This document shows positions 39,331 to 52,035 of a stretch of DNA of 64,000 bases, piece after piece (the first letter of the stretch is position 1; each line of letters starts with the position of its first letter). The notes beneath the pieces are model-generated. The model was not told the DNA's origin. It did no database searches and saw nothing but the letters and a program-made list of their open reading frames with translations. Made by a program: the position numbers and the translations under genes. Source of the stretch: Camelus dromedarius (Eukaryota); contig NC_087436.1 of the NCBI RefSeq assembly GCF_036321535.1, positions 87,174,001 through 87,238,000 of the forward strand. The letters are read 5' to 3'.

Positions 39331-40029
39331 AAAAGCAATGCTCATCAGTAGATACAATCTAAGATCACAATCAATCATTGGAAAACCTTGTTTTAATTCT
39401 AGCATCTACATTGTACAATTATAATTTGTGAAAACTTTCAGAACTGAATGAAATTCATGTCCAGAGCTTACAAGATGTATGTGCCTTTGTTTTAAACTGA
39501 ATACACTAGGTAGCATTTGCAGGATGTATATGGGTAACAGTACTTGTGTGAGGATTCCTAGATACCCATGCACATGTATTTTTTTGTATTAAACAGACTG
39601 GAGATAACAGCATCCATTCTCGTTATGTATTTTGGTATCTTGCATTCGGCCTATCAACATCAACAGAAAAACAATCATTTCAAATTAGCTCATTCTAAAT
39701 ATATAGCCAAGTGGCAGCTTCTATGTTATTAGGATGTATTTTATCTTGGGTTCTTTTTGAGGGGTAAATGCTCACTGTACATGGTTAATATATTTCAATT
39801 ATCATTTTCCTATTCATTTGACAAGTGAGAAAATGATTTATTTCCTCCCTTTTTGTAGGTGGGAAAATAGGCATTCAAGCTGAGATGGTAATGATGCTGA
39901 AACTGTCAACTTCTCCAAAACTTACTTGCAGTCTTCTGTTTTGACCAAGTTTTCACACTGTCTTATGAAATCAGAAAAGGACTGTTGCCCGGATGCTATG
40001 TGCTTCAGCTGGCCACAGCAGTGCTTTCA

Positions 40030-40405
<376 letters not shown>

Positions 40406-43400
40406 GGAGGAGTTTCGGGCAAGATTCTCTCTCCTGCCATTGTGGTTGATGATCATGTAGAGGCCAAACTAAAATAGAGCTGCACAGGAACCTGCCACGG
40501 GGGTGTGTATTCAGGGCACAGTGCTAGTTTCATTGTTCTTGAAGAAACTTCAGGCTGAATCTAAAATGAGCTGAGCTTCAAACATTTTTCATTGGCTTTG
40601 TAGGTACCTGATTTAAGCAGAGTGAACCTGTAGAGTTGAGTGTGACAGAGTAGAGAGGATGGAGCTAGTTCATTAGGAGGAACTGGGAAGCTAATGGGAA
40701 ACTATTAGCTCAGAAGGAGGAACTAAACATGGGAGCACTTCTCATTTCATCAAAATGAACTTATTTGAATAATCAGTAAGTTACCTGCAGGTTGGGAGTT
40801 AAACCTTAAACAGGGAGCTAGAGATCACTGTTACTCTGTATGGAAATATCTCAAAAAATACAGTGGCCACTTTCAGGCAAAAAAGACTTGTAATAATGAA
40901 ACTCTTGTGGGAGATTGAACTCAGATATTGGAAAAAGGTATTCAAATCTGTCAGCCGGAAAAAGGCTGCAAGGAGTGGTGGGCAGTGACACCTCCCCCCC
41001 AATCAGGACCTGATTTTGGTCAAAAGCTCATAAAACCTTCTATTCTTTATGTAATCTAAATTCCAATTTTAAACATTTATTTTTAGATATACTGTTCAGG
41101 TCTGCAATTTGGTATGAAAGGTAGACAAATAGAGCTCAATTTTGAGCCTAACTTATTTCATCAGAATAAGTTTCCATAGGTTGAAAGGAGTTTCAAAAGG
41201 CATTACTCTGAGTAGCAACAAGGACTGAGTTTGACCTTCACATTTTCCATGCTGAACTTAAATTTGAGTGTGGTGGTCAGATCCTGAGCTCCAGCTCTAA
41301 TGCTATTAAGTATTCAAAGGGAAGGCATCACTTTGAATATTCGAGAGGCCACAAATAGCTTCAAGTCCGTTATGGTCAATTGGCAGTTTTGCTGAAACAT
41401 GGTCTCTGCCCCAGCTTCCTTACCAGTCTCTAGTATGATGCTGCATCATTCAGTATCAGTGTTGCTGCAACCGAGATACAGCACAAGTCCTGTACCTGGA
41501 GAACGTTAAGTCAGAGCCCTCTGGCAGTGACCCTGAGAAGACTAGTTAACTATGCTATTCCTTTTTTTAAGCATCCCAGAAATTCAAGTTTACATTTCAT
41601 AAGAAACATGAGCCAAAACTAAATGAGGTCGTTTATGGAAAAACTGTCTAATTTTGACAGCCTTTGTTACCTCTGGGACACTGCTGATCAAAGCTGCAGG
41701 GCCTACAAGGCAAAAACTACAATTAGAGTAATTTTTTCCTATTGTCTTAGCTTCTGTTACTGATTTTTTTTTTTACAACTTGAACTTTGGATGCTGTTTT
41801 TAACTGTGTAATGAAATTTATTAAAGTACACATAAATAATTCACATTCCAATAAACCATACAGATTTTTATGCTTGTTTTGATAATCTGTTGTATTATAT
41901 TTTAGCCACATGCAGATATCACCTGTGAAATAATTTACATTGACTAGTTAAGATCTACCTTCACCCATCCACCAATAAGGCACTAGTGAAAACTGGTGTG
42001 GTGAGGCTCCAGCTACAGCTTATTTGTGAACTTAAGCTTTCCATCCAAGTTACCCAGGCGGCTGGAACAGATTAATGCAAACTTGGTGGCTTAAACAAGT
42101 TTATTCTTAATTCTGCAGTCCAGGAGTCAGAAATCAATCCCACTGGATCAAACCAAGTGTATGCTCCCCCAGGAGACTCTGGGGGGTGGGGTTTGGGAAT
42201 CAACATGTTCCTCCCACCTTCCAGCAGCTGCCAGCATCACCCCAGTTTCAAGGCCAATATCAAATCTGCTGCACCTTCATATGGCCTCCACCTTTGTGCA
42301 TGGAACCTCCTTGTGCCTCCCTCTTATAAGACACTTGTGATTAGATTTAGGGCCCACGGAGATGATCCAGGATGGTCTCCCCATCTCAAGACCCTTTTGG
42401 GGGCCATTATTCAACCTACTACACCATCTCTCTAGGTTTTTACAGGTTTTTCTTCTGTCTTCATATAATCTCTAGGACTGCCAATGAACTTTTTGCAGTA
42501 ATGGAAATGCCCTATATCTGCTGTCTAGTACGGTAGCCCCTAGCCATAGGTGAGCACTTGAAGTATGGTTAATGCACTTGGGGGGGCTGAACTCTTATTT
42601 TAGGTTTGATTTAAACAGCCATGTGTGACTAACAGCTGTCATATTGGACAGTGCAGTTCTAGTATTTCTGTAGCTCTAAACTCTGGACTCTGAACTACTG
42701 TTTAGTCTAGTGGACTTCAAACTGTAGCTAAAACCCTTATTGCCAAACAAGTTATTCAGAAAACCAAAGTATGAACAAGACTGCACTGGTTCAAATTGGC
42801 TGGTGGGAGAGGGAGGATCCGTGGCAGACCCAGGGTCTCCGTGTGTTCATCCATCCCATGTAAGTCCTCAAGGGGCAAAGAACTGCCACCAGGACTCGGT
42901 GGAGTCGAGCTATTTGTGAAAAACCAGTGGTTATCCTTGGGAACTTTGCTAGAGCCTTCAGACTTTAACAATTGTTTTATATCTTTCATCATGACGGTAG
43001 CTAGAAGAGATTGTCATTCTCTTGGTCCCATTTTCACTTTCACTGGACCACTGTTGACATGGTGTCTTGCACACTCCTTGTTCTGCCAGAACAACCCTCT
43101 ATAGCCTATTAAGGCTTCAGGACTGTTCTCTCTCAATTTTTCTTCCCCTTTATATGTAGCATTTGAAGTCACCTCATGTAAGCCTTTTGTCCTACCAAAT
43201 ACCATCTCCTCACTGCACTCAGCTAAGGAAGCATCACAGGCCTCCATCAATGGATCCACTGGAAGCCTCCATCAATGGATCAATTGCGATCACACACATT
43301 AACTTTTTTCTGCTTTGTTCACTGATGTTTTCACGATACCTACAATAGTACTTGGCCCATAATGGATGCTCTGTTATTTACTGAATGAACATTAAAGCCA

Positions 43401-44233
43401 GTATTTTAGTCTTATATAAATACTAAATATCCGTATTGTCATTTTGCTCCATACAGTATTATAAAAATGATCTTTTAGCACTACCAAGTCCTAACTACTT
43501 ACCAGGTAGTTAGATGTACTGTGTATGAACTAACTTCAGTAACTATGATTACCAGCTTACAGACAAACTGAAGCTAAGTAACTGGTCTAAGATCACATGG
43601 AAGGGTAGGGAGCTGAATCTAGGCTCTTACTGTGCTCCTGCTAAGAACAGGTGGCTGTAAGCCACCCACTTGAATGCCATTTATAATTCAACTCAATACA
43701 ATTAATGATATTAATCCTGATTATAAATGATACTGCTCCTTGTACTATAGTCACCATGGGTTTAGTGTTCAAGTTAAACATTTGAGAACCTATGCCAGGT
43801 CTTGGTTAGACCCCAAGAATATGTGGACTTCAGCTGTAAGAGTCCAGAGGAGGGGGCAGTCAGGCAAGTACACAAGCAACTACAAATGTTCTCCCAAGTA
43901 TGCGAAGGCCATTACAGGGTGCTACAGAAATCCAGAACATGAGCACTTGGGAGAAAGACAGTCACAGAAAAGTTGGATAAGACTGGGAAGGCGTATAGGT
44001 GAAAGGGTGCACACCAGGTAAGTTATAGCATGATAGAGGCCAGAGCAAGTTGCCATTTTAGAGTGGTCTAAAATATCCACCTTAGCCCTGCACACAGACT
44101 GTCACAAGATCCTCCCTTAAGGCTATTGCTCTGCAGCTTCACTTTACTTTCCCCCAACACCTTTAAACGCTTCCCTCCCCAGGGCCTTTGCACTTGCTCC
44201 CCCTCTGCCTGAAATGTTTTTCACCCACATAGA

Positions 44234-44408
44234 CAGTTGATCCTTCAACAAGGCAGGGGTTAATCTGGATATAATTTACAGTGGGCCCTCCTTATCCACA
44301 TACTCAACCAACCATGGACAGTATAGTACTGCAGTATTTACTATAGAAAAATATCCGTGTATAAGTGGACCGACAAAGTTCAAACCCATGTTCCTTAAGG
44401 GTCAGCTG
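44234..44408 (-). mobile_element. Tigger2-like non-autonomous DNA transposon
   Basis: Terminal inverted repeats cagttgatccttcaacaa and ttccttaagggtcagctg; the minus strand begins cagctgacccttaaggaacatgggtttgaac. Confidence 0.75.
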
Positions 44409-44914
44409 TGTATCAACTTCATAGAGTCGTGAGAATCTAACTGAAAAGATGAAAATAAAGCACATGCTACACTGCCTTCTCACCAGCAGCATTACCCCAC
44501 TGCGCTAACACATGTGCCAGTGCAGACACGTGGCTGCTCCATATTATGTATGTGAGGCTAGCTGACTTCATTAGAGGCACTTGCGTATAAGAACTGCAGA
44601 GTGATAATTGGTGTAAGTCAGTTAAAATACCAGCATCAGTGCATTCCAGCTTCAATGGCTTGTATCTGTAGTTTTCAACCTATATAAGGAAAGCAAAGGC
44701 TTAAATTACCTTTTTGAACAAATAGGAAGAAAAAAAACACTTTGAGGTACATTCTTTTCAGTTTGTCTCAAAGGATGTCCAGAAGAAGCCGTTTGTATAC
44801 ATGTCCCATCAGCTAGCTTTTTTTCCACCTTCAAAGACGACAAAAGTATTCAAATTCCCTTATCCATTTGAAAACCCTAGATGGTATCCTCAGAGTCTAA
44901 AAAGCCAGCCTAGA

Positions 44915-45030
44915 GGAGTGGGAGCTATAGCTCAGTGGTAGAGCTCATGCTTAGCATGCATGAGGTCCTGGGTTCAATCCCCAGTATCTCCATTTAAAAA
45001 CAAAGAAAAACATTTAAAAAATAATAAAAA
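44915..45030 (+). mobile_element. tRNA-derived SINE (Vic-type) in DANCR intron 2
   Basis: tatagctcagtggtagagctcatgcttagcatgcatgaggtcctgggttcaatccccag plus A tail; imperfect TSD aaaagc(ca/ag)gcct. Confidence 0.85.
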
Positions 45031-45151
45031 GCAGGCCTGAAGGTATCATCAAAGGTAAAGTTTAAACGTGACACTCTGTTTGCTTTTAACTGTATAAAAA
45101 TACCACAAAGCACAAAGGTGCTTAAGATGAAAGGAAATTTTCTTTTGGTTC

Positions 45152-45273
45152 AGCTGTGACTCCAGACAGGATCCAAAGAGGAGTTCTACAATCTCTTCTC
45201 TGGGTTTTATGGAGACTTACTTTACCCTTCTGTGTTAGCCTCTTAAGGCACTGCGTCAGCCTTAAAAGGGCAC
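45152..45273 (-). ncRNA. SNORA26: H/ACA box snoRNA SNORA26, copy 2
   Basis: Identical to copy 1 at 121 of 122 nt; H box and ACA intact; intronic between DANCR exons 2 and 3. Confidence 0.95.
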
Positions 45274-45429
45274 AGGAAAGGGCGATGTGGGTTTTTCACA
45301 GGGTTCGCGACGATTTCCTGAACTCCCCTCCCGTAAATATACGTGGACCTCAGCAGTTCTTTTAACGAGTCCGAAAACCCACTAGAAGCAGCTGTTCTGC
45401 TTGTGAACATCCGTTTCCTTTGTTAAAGG

Positions 45430-46370
45430 AGAGCCGGATTCCAGCCTTTGCTCCAAGCACGTGCCTGGAAACGCTCTGGTGGCCATTGGCCACGTGCTCG
45501 GGACCGAGTCATTTCACGTCACTCAAGGACGGACATACCTGCGCTTAGAACTCAGGCCGCTGCACCGCAGACGTCGGAGACAAACTCCCAGGCCCAGAGT
45601 GGGTCCGAGACCCGCTCTTACTGCCGCAGCCGGGGTCGGGCCCCGAACCCGCTACAAAGTAGCGGCGGCTTTGCCCTGGGGAAGCAAAGCACAAACTTGT
45701 TACCGCGCTGGTCCTGCTCTCCGGGAAACCTCCAAGCGACCCGCGCGGCGTGTGTGCCTCACGCGGCCCCGGGACGAGCACAATCGCCCGCCCCACCCGG
45801 GCCGCCGAGGGCTGCTCTACCCCTACGTTCTGGCCGCCGGGAGCAGCGGAGCTCCGGGCGGGCAAAGCTTGAGGGGACACGGGGCGTGCCCAGCCCCATC
45901 CAGGCCTGTATGCCAGGCGGGTGCCCAACCCGCCCCACCCGCCCTCGCTTACCGCTCAAGTCTGCGAAACTGAGGCCGGTGACTGGCGTGCAGCGCAGAC
46001 ACTGCAGGCGGGGCGGGGCGGGAGGAGGGCCGCGGGGTGGGCAGCCAATCCCCAGAAAGCCTCCGGACAGGAGCGGGGAGCAAGGAGTGGACGGCAGGGG
46101 CGGGGGGTGGGGGTGCGGACAGCCAATCCCCAGGGAGTTTCCGGAGGAGGGCGGTGCGGGCCCAGCCATTGGTGCCCGCAGTCTCCGCCCGCCCGGGTCC
46201 TTCTGGGTTTTCCCTGCCGGGAGGACGAGCCAAGCCTATGCGGAACATCCTTCCCGGAAGCTCTAGAAGTTTTGGCTCCTCCCCAGGCCTTGGCCCTCGG
46301 GGATCCGGTGTCTTCCTCCGAACTCCCCTTGGGAGGCTCTAGCGGTTACCCCAGGGATGGGCCAGGACCC
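45430..46370 (-). promoter_or_regulatory. CpG island / DANCR promoter
   Basis: CCAAT boxes at 46045, 46123 and 46168, GC boxes, and intronic E-boxes CACGTG at 45458 and 45491. Confidence 0.85.
45749..45816 (-). ncRNA. MIR4449: MIR4449-like GC-rich hairpin (copy 2)
   Basis: The minus strand reads agcagccctcggcggcccggg...cgtcccggggccgcgtgaggcac, in DANCR intron 1. Confidence 0.6.
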
Positions 46371-49300
46371 AGAGATTTCCCTTCCTACAACTATATCAGT
46401 TTAGTGTGTGTTTAGAACGTGTCCTGCTAAACTGTAAGCTTAAAGAGAGGCCAGGACCACGTCTTCTTGAACAGCTCACCTCATGATCCCTCCTAAATCT
46501 GGAAGGACCAGCCTCCTCTCCACATGCGCTGTGTTCATTCATTCACAGTGTTCACTAAGTAGGCTGTAATCAGCTAGGCGGCGGAAGTGGAGCGGGAGTC
46601 ACCATAAACCTTGGCTAGGTGGTGGACTCAAACTTGGCAAACAAGTAAGTGGATCAAAATTGGAGTATATGCTAAAATGAGAACTTGTATTACTGTTTAA
46701 AGAATTTACCATTAACAAATTTAACCCTCAAAATATCATCCCATCATTTTAGGTGGGATAAGTGAGACATGTTGAGTAACTTTCAAAAGTCACAAAGCAG
46801 CTAGCAAGTGGTGGATCTGGGGTTCGAACCCAAAAAGCTTGAAGGCAGAGCCCCTCAAAACACTATAGTACACTGCTCTCCTCAAGTGGGTGGAGTGGAA
46901 AGGGAAACAAATGGCCTACATTTGATTGGCTGATCGAGGTAGGCATCTCGGGGATTGGGGGTCTACAGGCACAAAGACCTGCCTGTAGTAGAGCCTGGAG
47001 GAAGAACAGGAAATGGGAAAGCGCTTGACCTGTTAAGGACCCCAAAGTGTAAATGGAACTTAAGGATGCAGGAGCAGAGAGGCCTGTAAAGAGAGTGGAT
47101 TGGGGCCAGACCATGCAGGAGGCACAGGAGGAGTTTGTGTTTTATGCTGAGAACAATGGAAAGCTGTTCAAGCATTTTTAAACAGGGGATGATAGGACGT
47201 GATGCAGGCTGTGGTTTAAGGATGTGATTAAGATGATCTCGTGGGAAGAAATGTAATACAATTTATCAATAATCCTAGCAGCCAGCCACTACTTGGCAGA
47301 TATTCATCAGATTACAGTAAAATGGGTTAAGATGGCAGAGGGAACACCAGTTTGCTGTCCCTTCACCTTTCTCATCTCAGTCTTCCAAACATAAAGCAGA
47401 GAGCAGCATCTGGGTCACCAAGCTGAGATTCAACATGACCCTGGCTGTAGGAAGAGCTTGGTATGATCAGGCAGGACCACCAGTGACCTGACAGGGTGCT
47501 AGGCAATGGATCCAGTTACCAGAAGTGGGCAGAAAGTCTCAGCCAAATCTGGCAGTTGTGGTGGTGGAGAAGCTTAGTTCTGATGCTCAGCAATCTCTCC
47601 TATATAAAATGAGGTTAGTTTTACATACTTAGAAATGATGGGTCACCCCACAGAAAGTCTCCCTAAAATCCAGACTCGAACATAAAGATGGCCAGTTGCT
47701 TCACTCTCTGAGAAGCCACTAAGCCCTCTGGACATAAAAGCTGCTGGGAAGTGATCTGGAAACAGTCTGACACTGCTTTTCTCCACCCTCTTTGAGATGG
47801 ACTATATATCACATGTTCCTCTTCTTTTTTTTTTTTTTTTTTTACTGTCTTGCACAGAAATATTAATCCCAGTATCTTCTTCAGGCCTTTTTTAAATTCA
47901 CTTTTTTTGTTGTTTTCCAACAGAAAAAATCCTAATAATAAATCTGAAGCCCTCTTAGTCCCTTCATTCTATTTGTGTGGTAAAACTCAGCTCGTTCATA
48001 GTTGATAAATGTCAGATGGGAGCTTGACATCCATGTATAAAGAAAGAAGTGGTACATATTAAAAGGGAGATGGAATTAACCATGAACTTGAAAATGACTT
48101 GTATTTGTTTGTAATATTTTTTGTATTTGTTTTTGTATTGTAACTTTTCTTCAATTTATTGTTCATTATTGTTCATTCTTTTGTTTATTCATTGTTTATA
48201 TCCCATTTTAGTCCAAAAAGAGTGTGAATGTAGTTTCCAAGAATACATTACAATGGTATTTGAAAAACACAGTGAGGAAATTGGACTGCAGGGAAAATAA
48301 GATAAAGTCTGAGGCTAGTACACAAAATACAACCCATGAAACTCTGTATCCTTGCTGGAATACAGCCAAAAAATTTGCTCTGATTTGCCTGGCAGTAAAA
48401 GTAAAAATCAGAAAATAGAAACAAACCAGGGAGATACTCAAGAGAAATACAAAGATTCCAGATGGAAATTCTTCATGAAGAGGGCACTGCAAACAACCTC
48501 CTCAGTATAAGTAATAAAATACTTATTAGTATTTTTATAACCTAAAAAGAATGTTTGTAATTCATATGTCCAAGATTTTTGATGCTCAGGCAAAGAGGAT
48601 TTCCTAATCAAGGTGATTTCACATGCTGGCAAAAGGGTTATCATGCCAAGTGACATTTAAGAAGAAAATTGGATCTGATTATGAAGCAGATAGGCCACAC
48701 TCTGTAATACTGAAAACAGTGATTGAAAACAGGTAGCATGCTCCCGTAAGAAAGACGTAGTAATTTGGGTTAATTCTCTGGTCAAAGATTCAGTATTAAG
48801 TTGGGTATGTGGGATTGTGTGTGTGTGTGTAGCATTAGGTTTTTAAGACAACTGTATCTCTAACAAAGATTAAAAAGTTGGGTTCTGAAGCACTGTATCA
48901 TCTTAGGAAGTTCTCTACAATAAAATGTTAAGTCTAGCACCTAGCCTGAAAGTAAAAATTTATTTTGATATGAAATTAATTCATTGCTTAGAGTAAATAT
49001 CAACTGCATATTTGGTTAACAAGAATTCATCCTCTTAGAACTTAAAGTGGCTTTTGAGGAAAGAGTGTGAATAGCTTTTCTCTTTTTTTAAAAATGACCA
49101 AGTAACTGAGCTCAATGCCTTTCTGTTCTGTCCATTAATTTCTCTGAGTTAATGGAATTATTCTCAATTCTCCCCTTGACCTTTTCCTGCTGAAAATCTA
49201 AAATGTAAGAACGTGACTCTAATATTTGCCCCTCAGTCTCAACCTAACATTGCAGGTACAACTGAAATTTTTGGAATCAAAACAAATTAAAATAATCAAG

Positions 49301-50900
49301 ATGCCCTGAGTTCCTTCATTCTTAAATTTTTATCATGAAAACTTCTAAATATGCACAAAGATAGAATTCAACAAGTCCCTGTGTATTGATCTTCCAATCA
49401 ACAACTATCAACCAAAACCAGCATTTATTTTGCATACTTGTTCTGTTTATCTCCCTTCTTTGTCAAAGAAGATAAGATCTTATTTCACCCCCAATATTCC
49501 AGTATTAATCTCAGAAGAGAAGACATAATCATACCTGACAACAATGCCAGCATGATTGCTAGGAAAATAAACAGTAATTACAAGTTCATGTTCGACTTCC
49601 CTCATTGTCTAAAAATGTCTCTTTTACAGTTTGTCTGAATCAAAATTCAAACAAGATTTACTTATTATTTTAGTTATGTCTTCAGAATTTGTTTTGAGCC
49701 TTTTAGTCTAGAAAAAAAAATGCCCTCCTATTTTTTTGTTCCAATGCCTTTAATTTTTTAAATAACAGTTTTGGGAATGTAATTCAGATACTATAAAATT
49801 CACCCTTTTAATGTGTGCAACTCAGTAGTTTTTAGTGTATTCACAGAATTGTACAATCACCACCATTATCTAATTCCAGAACATGTCTATCACTCCAAAA
49901 AGAAACTCTGACCCACTAACAGTTACTTCCCATCCCTCCTCCCCACATCCTCTGACAACCACTAATTTACTTTCTGTCCCTATGGATTTGCCTATTCTGG
50001 ACATTTCATGTAAATGGAATTATACAAGATGCGGTCTTTTGTTTCTGGCTTTTTAAATTTAGCATAATGTTTTCAAGGCCCAACAAACAAGAGAAGTGCT
50101 ATGCACTGCTGGACTTTATTCCTTTTATGGCTGAATAATATTCCATTAATTGGATGTACTAAGTTTTGCTTACCTGTTTATCAGCTGGTGGACATGCCTT
50201 TGACTTTCTGAAGATATCAGGTCAGTGGTCCTGTGGTGTGTTCCACATGCTGCCTCATTGCTTCCTTCTGCTGCTGTTCACCTGTGTCTTTATCCTCTAT
50301 TTTTCTCAAAGACTGAGAGAAACCTTGGTTGTCAGACTTAGTGGGTAAAAGAACTACGGGGCACACTTGCTAAAGGTGCAGAATTCCGGGCTCCATCAGT
50401 GGGGAGTCTGATTTAGTCTGACTTGAGAGGGAGCCCAGGAATCTGCATTTTAAGACACCAGCTGATTCTGATGCAGGTATTCCCAGAATACACCTTGAGA
50501 AACTCTGCTAGGTGTCCCTAAATCTTGATTTTAATAGCGCTTGACATTTCACAGAAAAGCTGTAAGAGCAACTGGTAGTTTATTGACCAAGACTTTTTAG
50601 AAATAAAGTTGGAAATATTACTTACAGAATAACTAAAAAGGGCCTAAGTTAATACCCTGGCTGATGTCCTCTGGGTTGGAGATGGACATCTGAAAAAATG
50701 ATGCTCATCCTTCACTGTGGGAATTGTGGATGTTAATTAGCCACCCTGGAGTGAGGGAAGTAGCCAAATTTAGCTTTAAAGGGTATGAAAGCCAAATGGC
50801 CTCTAAGAATTAAATTACTGCATCGATATTTACAGTATTGTCCTCAACATTTACAAATGCACTTGGATTGATTAATTGGACTACCTTTTGATTCAGGAAA

Positions 50901-51128
50901 TTTTTTTTTAACATTTTTTATTGATTTATAATCATTTTACAATGTTGTGTCAAATTCCAGTGTTCAGCACAATTTTTCAGTTATTCATGGACATATACAC
51001 ACTCATTGTCACATTTTTTTCTCTGTGAGTTATCATAACATTTTGTGTATATTTCCCTGTGCTATACAGTGTAGTCTATTCTACAATTTTGAAATCCCAG
51101 TCTATCCCTTCCCACCCTCCACCCCCCG
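50901..51128 (-). mobile_element. Young L1 3' end with target-site duplication
   Basis: ttttttttaacattttttattgatttataatcattttacaatgttgtgtcaaattccag..., flanked by tgattcaggaaatttt at ~50889 and ~51129. Confidence 0.85.
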
Positions 51129-51914
51129 TGATTCAGGAAATTTTAACCCTTAATCTGAAGCCACTTTCTGTTAGGTGACCAAGAACAAAGTAAGTTGGAA
51201 ATACTCTAAGAGAGCTCCCCTTTTCCTCTAAAAATAGGTTACAACAAAGTACAACCCTTTTTGCTTCAACACTTTTTCGTTATTTGTTTCACTACCTAAA
51301 TAGTGTATTTTAAACACCAAAAACTCCTCAGTATGAAGAGTGGTTTTCCTTTAATTTAATGACAAGGGTTTCCTTTTACTTAATAGATGAGTGATACTCC
51401 TAACGGTCTTTTAATGGTTCTCGTTCAGCCAAAGTAGCAAATGGAGTTCCATTTACCTTGTGCATCTCATTAAGCTACTACAGAAGAGGGTAACAGGGGC
51501 AAAAAACCACCAGTGATTTTTGGGCTGTGAGAGAAAAAAAAATGGATTCCAGGATATGAAAACTTAGTGGGCATTTATAGGGGAATTACCAGTAGAACGG
51601 AACGTTTAATTCCTGAGTAATAACCTAAACTTCTTGACTCCTAGCCTGACTTGTAAGGGGTGAGTGCCTACAACTAAAGTATACTTTTGGAACTTTTTAT
51701 TATGGAAAATTCCAAGCATGCCCCCAAATAAGGAGAAGCTTCACACACTCAGCACCAATCTTCAGCAATTAGTAATATTTTGCCAATCTCATTTCCTCTG
51801 CCCACCTACTCCAGATGTGGTGTCATTTCACCTGTAAAAATTTTAGTGTGCATTTCCAGGTTGATACAAAACATTTTAAAGCATAACTATATGCCATTAT
51901 CACACCTGATAATT

Positions 51915-52035
51915 TTTTTTAATTTGGAGGGGTAGGAAATTAGGTGTGTTTATTTAATGAGGGTACTGGGGACTGAACCCAGGACCTTGTACATGCTATG
52001 CATGTGCTCTGCCACTGAGCTAGATACCCTATACC
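51915..52035 (-). mobile_element. tRNA-derived SINE (Vic-type)
   Basis: gtactggggactgaacccaggaccttgtacatgctatgcatgtgctctgccactgagcta. Confidence 0.8.

Larger units (their letters stand above)
44410..46060 (-). ncRNA. DANCR: DANCR snoRNA-host lncRNA (exon 1 ends 45953; exon 2 at 45675-45539; exon 3 starts 44679; 5' and 3' ends approximate)
   Basis: Canonical splice sites: gcg|GTAAGC, ccccAG|GGC, cag|GTATGT and tatAG|GTTGAAAACTACAGATACAAGCCATTGAAGCTGGAATG, the last matching recalled human DANCR exon 3. Hosts SNORA26 and the MIR4449-like hairpin, and is convergent with HEMO as in human. Confidence 0.88.

Noticed and set aside
39524..39575. Hairpin atgtatatgggta...tacccatgcacat as a possible snoRNA or miRNA
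   Set aside because: Single short stem with a large loop; no properly placed H/ACA or C/D boxes.
44915..45000. tRNA gene (also at 11010, 30320, 51965 and 56411)
   Set aside because: A and B boxes are present, but A-rich tails, TSDs and multiple diverged copies indicate tRNA-derived SINEs.
45448..46415. 272-aa, 170-aa and 164-aa ORFs over the DANCR CpG island
   Set aside because: GC-rich shadow ORFs antisense to DANCR with no recognisable domain.
48208..48656. Purine-rich exon-like stretch after cccattttAG
   Set aside because: Short frames closed by stops and no recognisable homology; possibly an ancient repeat.
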